The notes beneath the pieces are model-generated. The model was not told where the DNA came from, did not search any database, and saw nothing but the letters and a program-made list of their open reading frames with translations. A stretch of DNA of 64,000 nt, from IMG/VR virus record IMGVR_UViG_3300017589_000080, positions 1 to 64,000 of that record; one strand, 5' to 3'. The translations under genes were made by a program, and so were the position numbers. The stretch comes from a virus. Its lineage: Duplodnaviria > Caudoviricetes. Shown here piece after piece: positions 34,437-43,928 of the stretch (the stretch's first letter is position 1; each line of letters opens with the position of its first letter).

Positions 34437-36845
34437 ATGGCAAATAATAGATTTAAAACGTTTATTGAGAACATTGGTCAAGGCAATAAGAAGTCAAAAG
34501 ATTCCTTAACGACTCGAAGAATTCGAATCAAAGGTAATCCCTCAAGTCAAGATCATGTTCCAATAGCACGTAAAGGCAGAACTCTTCCAGACTTCCTTGA
34601 AAGTATCGAAGGTTCAAGTCTTGTCGATGTCTCAGAATTAAATCAATTTAGAACAATGTCAAGCGATAGAGAGATTCAATATAAGATCTATGATGAGATG
34701 GCAAGAGATACAATTATCTCCTCTGCATTAGAATTATATTCTGATGATGCAACTCAGTACAATTCAAAAGGTCAGATCGTTTGGGCAGAAGCAGAAGATC
34801 CAGACATCTCAGCATTTGCTAACCGACTTATTGAAATCCTCGATCTTAATAACAATGCATGGTCTCACATTTACACAATGGTTAAATATGGAGATCTGTA
34901 TCTTGAAACTTATCGAGATGATGAAACCGATGAACAATCAATTCTTACAGGAGATCTAAGTTATTCTGATGTTAAAGTACATCGAGAACGAGAAGGATCT
35001 CAAATGGAAGAATATATAGAAGCAGTTAGTAACCCTTCAGACATCTTTGATTTAACAAGTCGAGGAAAGACAGTTGGGTTTATTCGTGTTCCTACAGATG
35101 ACAGAGATTCATTAGAACCACATGCAAGTTATCAATATCTTGGTGATGAAGAGGAGACAGTTGTTCTTAGACCAACCAAGTACATCCATGTCGCCATGTC
35201 CAATGATGTCGATAGATTCCCACAAACTCTTAAGTTACGTTACGTTAAGGATGGAACCACTGATCTCGATGAACAGTACACTCGTTCTTATGTTGTTAGT
35301 CGTGGTAAATCTGTTCTACATAACATTTACAAATCCTACAAAGAACTTTCTCTTATGGAAGATTCTCTTTTATTAAATCGTGTTACTCGTTCTTCAATAA
35401 TAAGACTTCTTCAAATTGAAGTTGGTGACATGCCTAAAGGTAAGATCCGTGAATTGTTAAAACGATTTAAATCACTTATTGAACAGAAGAACTACATGGA
35501 CAAGAATGATGGAACTTATACATCAATGGCAGCTCCAGGTCCAATTGACAATGTTATCTATGTTCCTACTAAGGATGGTAAGGGAGCGATCTCAGCATCT
35601 AACTTAGGTGGCGATGTAGATATTAAGTCGATAGTCGACATTGATTACTTTAAGAACAAAGTGTATGGTGGTCTAAAGATTCCCTCAGCATTCTTAGAAG
35701 GCAAGTGTTTACATCAAAGTGTTGTTCCTGTTCTTCTTGATGGTTCTACTAATAACATTAAAAGCATGTACGAGGACAAGGATGCATTCATTGGTAGAGA
35801 CATTGTAACCTGCTCAATTTCAGGATCAGTTACCTCTTCCAAGATAGTTGATGTACAGAGAACAAGAATCAATGCTAACTTCGTAAGAGTTAACTTAGAC
35901 AATGAGAAGAGCTTCATTGTTACTCCTGATCATCCAGTCATGTTAGACAATGGTATCTTTCTTGAAGCCATCTATCTGTCAGAAGGATTAAAGTTAATGC
36001 CATATTCTACAACAGTAATTGACAATGACTTAATAACTCTTGACAATGAGACTGGTACTTATCTTGATCTTAAGACAGGATCTACTATTCCTTATATTGT
36101 TACTCTTAATGAGGTGTCTACTGCAGTCATGGTAACAAGTGTTGATGTCCTTGACATTATTGAAGATGCCTATGACCTAACAGTTGAAAGTGATAATCAT
36201 ACTTTTGCAATTGACAGTGGTCTCTTTATTCATAACAGTGATGATGGCGGTTTATCTGCAGGAACAGCTTTAACAAAACTTGACTCACGTTATGCCAGAA
36301 CAATTAAGAGAATTCAAAACTCTTATATCATGGGAATAACCACTCTTGTAAATCTCTTTGCATTGGATCGTGGTCTTGATGATCATGTTAATAACTTTGT
36401 AATTAAGATGGTATCTCCTTCAACCATAGAAGACTCAGAACGAGATGAAGTAATGGACAGTCGTATGAACATGATTGGAACCTTTATGGATTTGATAGCT
36501 GATGAGAACATAGTAGACAATACAACAAGGAAAGACATCTTGATGTACTTCGTAAGCAATTTCCTTAATGAACCTGAGATTGCTAAGTTCCTTGCAGAGG
36601 ATACAACGACAGAAATACAAGAAGAAATACCTGAAGAGGGGTCAGAAGAAGATGGCTTCAGTCCTTCAGGTGGAAGCTTCAGTAGTTCTGGGTCTTCTCC
36701 TCCTTCCTCAAGTGGAATTGATGGACCTGCTGAAACAGGTGATGGTTCTGAAGGTGGTGATATCCCTGACAACCTTGGTGCTGATGACAATGGTATAACC
36801 GACAATACAGAGTTTGGAAACTTTGAAGATGAATTTGACAGATAG
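34437..36845 (+). CDS. portal protein (T4 gp20-like) containing an intein
   Basis: YDEMARD.IISSALELYSDDA, MVKYGDLY, MEDSLLLNR...R, IDYFKNK...LKIPSAFL; acidic Gly/Ser-rich tail; SD AAGGAGG. Confidence 0.92.
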   Translation: MANNRFKTFIENIGQGNKKSKDSLTTRRIRIKGNPSSQDHVPIARKGRTLPDFLESIEGSSLVDVSELNQFRTMSSDREIQYKIYDEMARDTIISSALELYSDDATQYNSKGQIVWAEAEDPDISAFANRLIEILDLNNNAWSHIYTMVKYGDLYLETYRDDETDEQSILTGDLSYSDVKVHREREGSQMEEYIEAVSNPSDIFDLTSRGKTVGFIRVPTDDRDSLEPHASYQYLGDEEETVVLRPTKYIHVAMSNDVDRFPQTLKLRYVKDGTTDLDEQYTRSYVVSRGKSVLHNIYKSYKELSLMEDSLLLNRVTRSSIIRLLQIEVGDMPKGKIRELLKRFKSLIEQKNYMDKNDGTYTSMAAPGPIDNVIYVPTKDGKGAISASNLGGDVDIKSIVDIDYFKNKVYGGLKIPSAFLEGKCLHQSVVPVLLDGSTNNIKSMYEDKDAFIGRDIVTCSISGSVTSSKIVDVQRTRINANFVRVNLDNEKSFIVTPDHPVMLDNGIFLEAIYLSEGLKLMPYSTTVIDNDLITLDNETGTYLDLKTGSTIPYIVTLNEVSTAVMVTSVDVLDIIEDAYDLTVESDNHTFAIDSGLFIHNSDDGGLSAGTALTKLDSRYARTIKRIQNSYIMGITTLVNLFALDRGLDDHVNNFVIKMVSPSTIEDSERDEVMDSRMNMIGTFMDLIADENIVDNTTRKDILMYFVSNFLNEPEIAKFLAEDTTTEIQEEIPEEGSEEDGFSPSGGSFSSSGSSPPSSSGIDGPAETGDGSEGGDIPDNLGADDNGITDNTEFGNFEDEFDR
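35706..36236 (+). mobile_element. mini-intein (177 aa, no homing endonuclease) in portal
   Basis: Block A K/CLHQSVVPVLLDG, block B VTPDHPVM, block F AYDLTVESDNHTF, block G LFIHN/S. Confidence 0.93.
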
Positions 36846-36857
36846 GGGAAGACAGAA

Positions 36858-37298
36858 ATGACAGTAGACCTGGACAATGTTCTCTATATAATGGGATTTA
36901 TCATAACATTGTCTGCAGTAGTTGGGATAGTTATTAAGGTTGTATCAAATGTTATTAAGAAGGTTACAGCTGAGACAATAAGTGGACAGATCGATCAGTT
37001 CACAAAGATCTTCAATAATCAGCTTAGTGAATTATCAACCAGCCTTGTAACACATATTGGAAACGATGGGGATAATACTCAAATTATTAAGGATTGTTTA
37101 CTCTTCATGACAAGAGATAAATTAAACACTGCTCATCAATTCTATATGGCTAAGGGTTCAATTGACAACAATTCATTGTGTGTGTTGGAAGATATTTACA
37201 CTTCCTATAAAACATTGGGTGGTAATTCATTCATTGATTCTATCATGGTTGACTTAAGAAACCTTAAGATTATAAACTACATTGTAGACAGGACATAA
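36858..37298 (+). CDS. single-pass membrane protein of a family often found next to holins
   Basis: N-terminal TM helix; C-terminal KGSI...L..IY..Y..LGGNS motif. Confidence 0.7.
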   Translation: MTVDLDNVLYIMGFIITLSAVVGIVIKVVSNVIKKVTAETISGQIDQFTKIFNNQLSELSTSLVTHIGNDGDNTQIIKDCLLFMTRDKLNTAHQFYMAKGSIDNNSLCVLEDIYTSYKTLGGNSFIDSIMVDLRNLKIINYIVDRT

Positions 37299-37322
37299 AA
37301 GAAGAAAGGTAATGTTCATAAT

Positions 37323-37781
37323 ATGAAATTATTAAGTAAGTCAAACGTTTATTTAGAACTCTTCAAGATTCAAGAAGAACAAGAAATTAATGTTAACAGA
37401 TACATAAAAGAGCTAGCAGGTAAAAGCGAAATACCATATGACATTTTAGTTTTTATAAACAAACATTCTCCTCTTCAGCAGTTAGAAACATATAACCATA
37501 TTTATAACAACAGAAGGAAGAACCCATTATACAAAAACTTAGTCAATGAAGAATTAAGCCAAGAAGATAAAGCAGTGTCGATTTCATCTTTAATAACTCA
37601 AGTCTTAATAAGAATGAAATCGATGAATGAAGAGGACAGAAAAGAGTTCTCTGAGATCATGAATATGGACTTGCTTGTGGAAGCTTTGAAAGGCTACTCA
37701 AACAACGACAACGATGGCTTAAACGAGTGCTGTATTAATGTACGAAGCATACTAAAGAAATTATACTCAAAGGAGGATTAG
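37323..37781 (+). CDS. hypothetical protein (head cluster)
   Basis: SD AAAGG; 152 aa. Confidence 0.8.
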   Translation: MKLLSKSNVYLELFKIQEEQEINVNRYIKELAGKSEIPYDILVFINKHSPLQQLETYNHIYNNRRKNPLYKNLVNEELSQEDKAVSISSLITQVLIRMKSMNEEDRKEFSEIMNMDLLVEALKGYSNNDNDGLNECCINVRSILKKLYSKED

Positions 37782-38078
37782 ATGTCTATTTTAACTATTA
37801 AGGATCTAGAAGAGAGAAGTAAATCTTTACCAAGCTATGTTGATGATATTCTGTTAGCTATTGAAAGTGAGACAGATGCTGTGAAAGAATACGATTCAAT
37901 TTTAGAGATTCCTAATCTTCCGAGTAAGGTACAAGAACTCATAAGAGAGATTAGAGATGATGAGAAAGATCACATGACACTGTTGTCTGCATTACTTTAT
38001 CAGATAACCTCAACAGGACAAATGAACAATGAAGAGGAAGTCAGTGTCAGTGATGAAGATCTGGAGCTTGATTTATGA
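37782..38078 (+). CDS. ferritin-like (two-helix) protein
   Basis: AIESETDAVKEY (ExxA..Y) and IREIRDDEKDH (DExxH). Confidence 0.75.
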   Translation: MSILTIKDLEERSKSLPSYVDDILLAIESETDAVKEYDSILEIPNLPSKVQELIREIRDDEKDHMTLLSALLYQITSTGQMNNEEEVSVSDEDLELDL

Positions 38079-38743
38079 TAAGGGTTTATGAAGGTGTAAA
38101 TGATTATTACTTATATCATTCTACTCCAGCAATAAATGCTATCAGAATAATAACTGATAATAAGTTAATGGCAATTAGAGCCGATGATGAAAAGGCTATT
38201 TCTTTCAGTAGGAATAAGAGAGTTATCTATGGTGACATTGCATTTACTATTGACAGAAGAAAGCTATCACATAACTACAAAATTATTCCTGTCTCAAAAG
38301 GACTTGAACAAGGATACAGATCAGATGGAGATGCAGAGGTTTCCGATGAAGAACGTGTGCTAAGAGATGTCAAAAACTTCTTAAGCTATGTTCTCTCAAT
38401 TGATTTCTGTGCTGCTAAGACTCCTGAGAGAATTATCAGGAAAGCATTATTCACCTCTTCTATTGAAGAGATAACAACTATTACAGATAACTCTAATAAC
38501 AATAAGAGATGTAACAATTTCTATAATCTGTATCTTGTTGTAAATGCTAAAGGAATCCCAGTTGGTAAGAAATTATCAAGCTTATTTAAAGTCCTAGAGG
38601 ATAAGCTAAATGACACTGGCAGTGATGAAGAATGGGTAACTGCTAATACAAGTTATGGTAAGTATAATTCCCCATACGTTCCAGCAAAAAGGAACAAAGG
38701 AAAACCAATACCTAACACTTATGGTGGTGGGGAAGATATTTAA
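38075..38743 (+). CDS. ADP-ribosyltransferase-like protein with leader MIRVYE
   Basis: YLYHST (beta-1), ISFSRN (S-x-S), F.ID..KL...Y.I.P, DEERV (acidic catalytic-loop position). Confidence 0.6.
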   Translation: MIRVYEGVNDYYLYHSTPAINAIRIITDNKLMAIRADDEKAISFSRNKRVIYGDIAFTIDRRKLSHNYKIIPVSKGLEQGYRSDGDAEVSDEERVLRDVKNFLSYVLSIDFCAAKTPERIIRKALFTSSIEEITTITDNSNNNKRCNNFYNLYLVVNAKGIPVGKKLSSLFKVLEDKLNDTGSDEEWVTANTSYGKYNSPYVPAKRNKGKPIPNTYGGGEDI

Positions 38744-38760
38744 TAAGAAAGGTTGATGAG

Positions 38761-39672
38761 ATGATTAGACCATTAAAAGAAAGTGTAGCTGTCAGATACA
38801 GTAAAGTGTATCAGCAAGATGGCTTTAAGTTTAGATACAATTATAAACTTGCTGAGTTAGAAGTGCTTGACGGAACTGAGGTAATTGATTCAATGGGTTT
38901 ATCTTCTGGAGACTGGGATGAAAGTCCTCGATACTGGATAGATCAATACATGAGTAACTTTGAAAGTGAGTTCGACCTTGCTGACTTGGAAGATGAATTT
39001 GGTTACTTGAATGAATCAGAAGAGTTGGAGCCTTTAATCCTCGATGAAGATGACTTTGATGTTGTTGATGGAGATGGCAACCGTCCTCCTGTAAAACGAA
39101 GAGGAATGACAGGTGGGTCAAGAAAAGAAATAGATAACACTTATTATTTCAGAAGTCCACTGATGGTGACAACCACTTCAGACTATGATGACTATGAAGT
39201 TGGAGATGGGTCAGAACTTGTAAACAGAGGAATTGAGAATCAGCTTCTTAATGCTTTATATGATGAGTTTAAAGAACTTGACTTAGCAGAATACATTGAT
39301 GAGAAATACAACAGTGTAATCTATGGTAAGATCAAATCTATCAAAGTTACTGCAGAGTTGACAAGTGATCATCGATCAATGATTGGTGTTGCAGTTGTTG
39401 AAGCTAATGAAGAACTTGATGATGAAACTATCATGGCATTAAAAGAATATATTTCTGGACAGTACTCTGATGGTTGGGGTGAGGGATTCGAACAACGACC
39501 TATTTCAGAATACAATGACACTGTTGAATTTGAGAATGAAGAATACGATGAAGAGACAGGAGAAACTGAGTACAATACAGAATATGAAACAGGTCACTTT
39601 GAAACCTGTGTATCTTTCTGGTATGGTCATGACCAGTTACCAAGATCACCATGGTCATTAAAACTAAGTTAA
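38761..39672 (+). CDS. very acidic multidomain protein with leader MIRPLKE
   Basis: D/E-rich; internal YLNE site; GQYSDGWGEGFEQR motif. Confidence 0.75.
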   Translation: MIRPLKESVAVRYSKVYQQDGFKFRYNYKLAELEVLDGTEVIDSMGLSSGDWDESPRYWIDQYMSNFESEFDLADLEDEFGYLNESEELEPLILDEDDFDVVDGDGNRPPVKRRGMTGGSRKEIDNTYYFRSPLMVTTTSDYDDYEVGDGSELVNRGIENQLLNALYDEFKELDLAEYIDEKYNSVIYGKIKSIKVTAELTSDHRSMIGVAVVEANEELDDETIMALKEYISGQYSDGWGEGFEQRPISEYNDTVEFENEEYDEETGETEYNTEYETGHFETCVSFWYGHDQLPRSPWSLKLS

Positions 39673-39685
39673 GAAAGGGATAACA

Positions 39686-39919
39686 ATGATAAGATTACTT
39701 AAAGAGGAGAGAGCTCCTAAGAGAAAGATAATTAAGAAGTTCAGTTACAAAGGCTTCAAGATTAAACAATACTCTGAAGACACTGATCCAGAGAGTGCTA
39801 AATATGAGTTTGAAGTCTTCACCAAAGATAACCCATATGATGTTGAATGGGAATGTGATAGTCTGAAAGAAGTTCATGAGTTCATTGATTCATGGTCTGC
39901 TGATGATGGTGAATGGTAA
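39686..39919 (+). CDS. putative internal head protein, leader MIRLLKE
   Basis: Leader; directly upstream of the protease. Confidence 0.7.
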   Translation: MIRLLKEERAPKRKIIKKFSYKGFKIKQYSEDTDPESAKYEFEVFTKDNPYDVEWECDSLKEVHEFIDSWSADDGEW

Positions 39920-39965
39920 TCCAATAACAATTATATTTTATAGAAAGTGTGGTGAGTAAATACTA

Positions 39966-41516
39966 ATGGCAAAGAAAGATAAGATGATTCTTACAGAACG
40001 ACTTGGACCTTTAACTTATGTTAAAGAATCAGGTGAAAGAAATGGTAAAAATTATATTGGTCGACTTGTTGGAGAAGGTTCTAACTTCTTAAAACCTACT
40101 CGTAATGGTAGAAAGTATAATTTGCAGTTATGGGAGAATGTTGAATCTAGTCCTGACTTTATTGAATCAATGGAGACTCTTACATGTTTCGGAGAAGCCG
40201 ATCATCCTGAGACTCGTGCTGACACTTCTATAAAAGAAATTGCAGTAGTATTAACTAAGTTTGAGATAAGAAGACAAGAAGGAATTGTTGCTGTTGAATT
40301 TGATATTCTGGATACTCCTAATGGTCGACTTGTTAAAAGCATTTTAGACTATGGCAGTAAACTTGGTGTTTCAAGCAGAGGTCTTGGCGATGAAATATTT
40401 GTTGATGGTGAAACTTTAATTGACCCAGAAACTTATGAATTTTATGGCTTTGATGTTGTTGTAACACCAGCGGTTAAAAGTGCTCGACCTTCCTTAGTAG
40501 AATCAAAAACTAAGACAGGTTTAGTGGAATCTTTTAATCGAGAAATTAAAGAAGCTTCCTCTTCGAATGAGCTTGAATCAATTCGAAGACTTGCAGAAAC
40601 ATTAAAAATACCAGAGTTAGATTCTATTAAAGAATCTTTGAATAATAAACTTTCTAACTTACCTGCAGGAGATGATATCTCAGAAGGCTTAAAGAAAGAT
40701 CTGGAAGAAGTTATTTTGGAAAATGATCAGTTGCTTAAAGAAAACGAGACTTTAAAAAGCAAGCTATCAGCTAATGATATTAGAGTTAGAAAGCTAGAAG
40801 GCAAGTTAAAAGTAACAATGGTCAAGGGAACAAAGATTCAAAAGAACTTACAAGAATCCCAACTAACTATTGTAAGTCTAGAAGATGAGTTAGTTATTGG
40901 TTCAGAACAGATGAATGAACTCTCAGGAACCAGTGAAAGAAAGATTAAGAAGCTCGAAACTCGTTTAGCATCACTAAGCAGAATTGTCAAGGAAACCAAA
41001 GATGGTCATGAAAAGATTATCAATGAACTTAATAGCAACTATGAAGATGATGTTAAAGAATACCTTACAGAAATTGACAGTCTCAGAATTCGAGTGGACA
41101 GATTAAAAGAATCAAAAGATAATCTTAAATCACAGGTGAAAGTTCTTAATGACTCTCTTGTTAAAGAAACATCTAATAAGAAGTTAATTGAGAAGAAGAT
41201 ACATGAAAAGCATTCGTCCGAAGAGGAAGCCATAAAGAAGCTTCTTGTTACAGAGAATACAATAAAGAGTAAGTACTTAAAAGTTAAATGTGCCCAGTCT
41301 GGTATTAAGCTGGACACTGCAACGGGACTTCTTCCTAAAGAGTACACTGTTGAAGACATTGATAAAATTGTTGGAGATCTAGCTGATAGAAAGTTGAGAC
41401 TTGGGAAACTTCCTGTTGAGATTCGTCCAAGAACAGCAATCTTAAGTGAAGGATTAAGTAACATTACTCCAGAAGAAAAACAAACGATGTCGTTCTTAAC
41501 AGGCAAGATCTTATAA
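39966..41516 (+). CDS. prohead protease (T4 gp21-like) fused to coiled-coil scaffold-like domain
   Basis: NGRKY, FGEADHP (His), ILDTPNG, GVSSRGLG (Ser), FDVVVTPA (Asp); ~330 aa heptad-rich tail. Confidence 0.92.
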   Translation: MAKKDKMILTERLGPLTYVKESGERNGKNYIGRLVGEGSNFLKPTRNGRKYNLQLWENVESSPDFIESMETLTCFGEADHPETRADTSIKEIAVVLTKFEIRRQEGIVAVEFDILDTPNGRLVKSILDYGSKLGVSSRGLGDEIFVDGETLIDPETYEFYGFDVVVTPAVKSARPSLVESKTKTGLVESFNREIKEASSSNELESIRRLAETLKIPELDSIKESLNNKLSNLPAGDDISEGLKKDLEEVILENDQLLKENETLKSKLSANDIRVRKLEGKLKVTMVKGTKIQKNLQESQLTIVSLEDELVIGSEQMNELSGTSERKIKKLETRLASLSRIVKETKDGHEKIINELNSNYEDDVKEYLTEIDSLRIRVDRLKESKDNLKSQVKVLNDSLVKETSNKKLIEKKIHEKHSSEEEAIKKLLVTENTIKSKYLKVKCAQSGIKLDTATGLLPKEYTVEDIDKIVGDLADRKLRLGKLPVEIRPRTAILSEGLSNITPEEKQTMSFLTGKIL

Positions 41517-41567
41517 AGATGCAAAATTAATTAAAAATAATATAAAACCGAAAGAAGGACATAAATT

Positions 41568-42953
41568 ATGGCAAATACAATTAACCAAAGAACTAAACAA
41601 TTAATTGGTCGTTATGCTAAAAGAATTAGCATGGTTGAAAAAGCACAAGGTTCTCCACTGACATTAGAAAAACGAGCTGTTCTTGCTAACTCCTTACATA
41701 ATGTTTCTCAGCTGGTACAGATGAAAGAAGCAACGAACCCTGGATCCATTGGTCAGTACAAACGATATGCACTTGACATCGTAACTGCCACTGTTCCTAA
41801 CTTGATTGCATTCGATGTAATGTCTGTACAATCTATGGACAATAGAATTGGTATGATCAACTACATGGACTACCAATACTCCAAGGATAAAGGAACCACT
41901 AAAGCTGGTGATGTATTTGCAAGCTCTATCAACATGGGACCTTCCAACCATGAGTATTCCAGTAACCGAGTAACCGATCAAGAAATTGGTTCTGCTGGAC
42001 AAACTGAATATGGTACAACTGCTTTCCCAATCCAATTGAACTGGCATCCAGTAACTCTTGGAACCTTTACTGTTGAAGCTAACGATGGTGCAATTATCGG
42101 TTCTGCCGATCCTGCTACTGGTGTAATTACTGGTATTGGTGTTTCTGGTAAAGTAACCGTTGATGGTCGACTTAACTTGACTTTCACTGCTGGTACTACT
42201 AATCCTCCAGTTATCAACTATGTATTTAACAATGAAGACATCCGTTCTGATGGACCTTTAAACTCTGCTTTCAGTAATGTTCCTGAAGTTGAATTAAAAC
42301 TCAACAGCTTACCAATTACTGCTACTGCACGTACAATGAGAACTTACTGGGCATTCGATGCACAATTCGAGCTTCAGAAAGAATATGGTCAGGACATCGA
42401 AACTCTGTTGGCAACTCAGTCAACTGGTGAGTTAGCACATGAAATCGATACTGAATTAACTCTTGACCTGTTACACTTCGCCAATGCTGGTACTCCTCAA
42501 GTTTGGTCAAAAGCCATGACTCCTGGGATTGCATTAGTCGATCATTATGACAGCTTCAATGCTAAAGTAGTTGAAGGTGCCAATGTTATCTTTGGTGCTA
42601 CTCGTAAAGTAAAAGCTAATTTCATGGTCTGCGGACTTGAAGTTGCTGGTATCATCGAGATCATGAGAAACTTTACTGCTTCTGGTGTAACTGCTGTTGG
42701 TCCACATTTCCTTGGTACTCTTGGAACCTTAAAAGTGTATGTCAATCCTGATTACCCATCACGTGAATATGTACTTGGTTACAAAGGTGCAAACATGTTT
42801 GATGCTGGTGCTTTCTACTGTCCTTATATGCCAATCAGTTCTACTGATTTAATCATGGATGCAAACTTCCGAGGTCAACGTGGCTGGGCAACAATGTATG
42901 GTAAGAAATTCCTTAACAGCAAAATGTACTTACGAGGTTCCATTACTGACTAA
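41568..42953 (+). CDS. major capsid protein (T4 gp23-like)
   Basis: PNLIAFDVMSVQSM, ITATARTMR..W......L...YG.D.E, EID.E, YKG....DAG.FYCPY.P. Confidence 0.95.
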   Translation: MANTINQRTKQLIGRYAKRISMVEKAQGSPLTLEKRAVLANSLHNVSQLVQMKEATNPGSIGQYKRYALDIVTATVPNLIAFDVMSVQSMDNRIGMINYMDYQYSKDKGTTKAGDVFASSINMGPSNHEYSSNRVTDQEIGSAGQTEYGTTAFPIQLNWHPVTLGTFTVEANDGAIIGSADPATGVITGIGVSGKVTVDGRLNLTFTAGTTNPPVINYVFNNEDIRSDGPLNSAFSNVPEVELKLNSLPITATARTMRTYWAFDAQFELQKEYGQDIETLLATQSTGELAHEIDTELTLDLLHFANAGTPQVWSKAMTPGIALVDHYDSFNAKVVEGANVIFGATRKVKANFMVCGLEVAGIIEIMRNFTASGVTAVGPHFLGTLGTLKVYVNPDYPSREYVLGYKGANMFDAGAFYCPYMPISSTDLIMDANFRGQRGWATMYGKKFLNSKMYLRGSITD

Positions 42954-42964
42954 GAACAATTATA

Positions 42965-43103
42965 ATGCCTCCCCTTTATTTTATATATGTGTGCAGAGGA
43001 AGTGTAAAAAGCTTCCTCAGGCATGCTGAATAACTTAAATCCAATATCTGAGGTCTTTAATAATGGTGGTTAGTAACCTCTTCCCTCCAAAGTTAAAGAG
43101 ACT
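42965..43103 (+). promoter_or_regulatory. structured intergenic RNA element after the capsid gene
   Basis: ATGCCT/AGGCAT stem enclosing the GAGGAAG/CTTCCTC hairpin; second stem GTCTTTAA/TTAAAGAGAC. Confidence 0.55.
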
Positions 43104-43137
43104 TAAAAACTAAATTAAACGAAAGAAGGAATAATAA

Positions 43138-43497
43138 ATGGCAACTAAAGATTACACAATTATCCCAGCTATTGTTACCATCACGAATGTAGCAGTACCT
43201 GTTGAAGTATTTGACGCTGGAACAAAATCAATTGAAGTAGACGTTCTCGATGCTGCAGTACGACCAGGAGAACTGGTTGTTAGAGATGGCGATGTTGCAG
43301 GTCACTCAATTGTCCGACGTAAATATCAGACAGCTGAAAGAAAGATTCAACTTTACAAAGCAAACTCCTGGATTACCCTTGACTCCTTACAGGTGTTAAA
43401 CATCCATGTTGCAAGCTCAGATATCTTGGCATACTTCATGTCATTAGCATCTGCTGATATTACTGTAACTGCTGCAGCTGTGGTTGTTACTCCCTAA
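43138..43497 (+). CDS. putative head decoration/stabilisation protein
   Basis: Directly after the MCP; strong SD; highly expressed codon style; Val/Ala-rich. Confidence 0.6.
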   Translation: MATKDYTIIPAIVTITNVAVPVEVFDAGTKSIEVDVLDAAVRPGELVVRDGDVAGHSIVRRKYQTAERKIQLYKANSWITLDSLQVLNIHVASSDILAYFMSLASADITVTAAAVVVTP

Positions 43498-43501
43498 TTA
43501 G

Positions 43502-43580
43502 CTATCTATCTTAACTGAATATAGATAGAGTTACCTTATCCGAGAGTGGTGGTTAACCTCCGATCGCCACTCGGGTAACT
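43502..43580 (+). promoter_or_regulatory. two stem-loops downstream of the decoration-like gene
   Basis: CTATCTAT/ATAGATAG; AGTTAC..CCGA..GTGGTG/CGCCACTCGG GTAACT. Confidence 0.55.
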
Positions 43581-43619
43581 TTAAATGAACATTACAAAAT
43601 TATGAAGGTGGTGATATAA

Positions 43620-43928
43620 ATGATAGTAAGAATGATAAACAATACGGAGAGAGAACTTACAGCTTACATGATACCAATTCAACCTGACGTTGATCCTATA
43701 ATTGTTAAAAGTGGTGATTATTGTGACATTGGAACTTACAACCAACAGATCTATGGTAAGTTTTATGTATCAATGATATTACAAGGTTTTTCAATGAGCC
43801 TAGCCAAAGAAGATACAGAAGAGAAAGTTGTCGTAAAAGAAGTTATCAAAGAGGTTGCAAAACCTAAGAGAGCTAAAAAGACAGCAACCCCAGCTGTAGA
43901 AGAAGAGGTTGGTGAGACAGTTGAGTAA
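43620..43928 (+). CDS. hypothetical virion protein
   Basis: SD GAAGGTGG; charged tail. Confidence 0.7.
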   Translation: MIVRMINNTERELTAYMIPIQPDVDPIIVKSGDYCDIGTYNQQIYGKFYVSMILQGFSMSLAKEDTEEKVVVKEVIKEVAKPKRAKKTATPAVEEEVGETVE

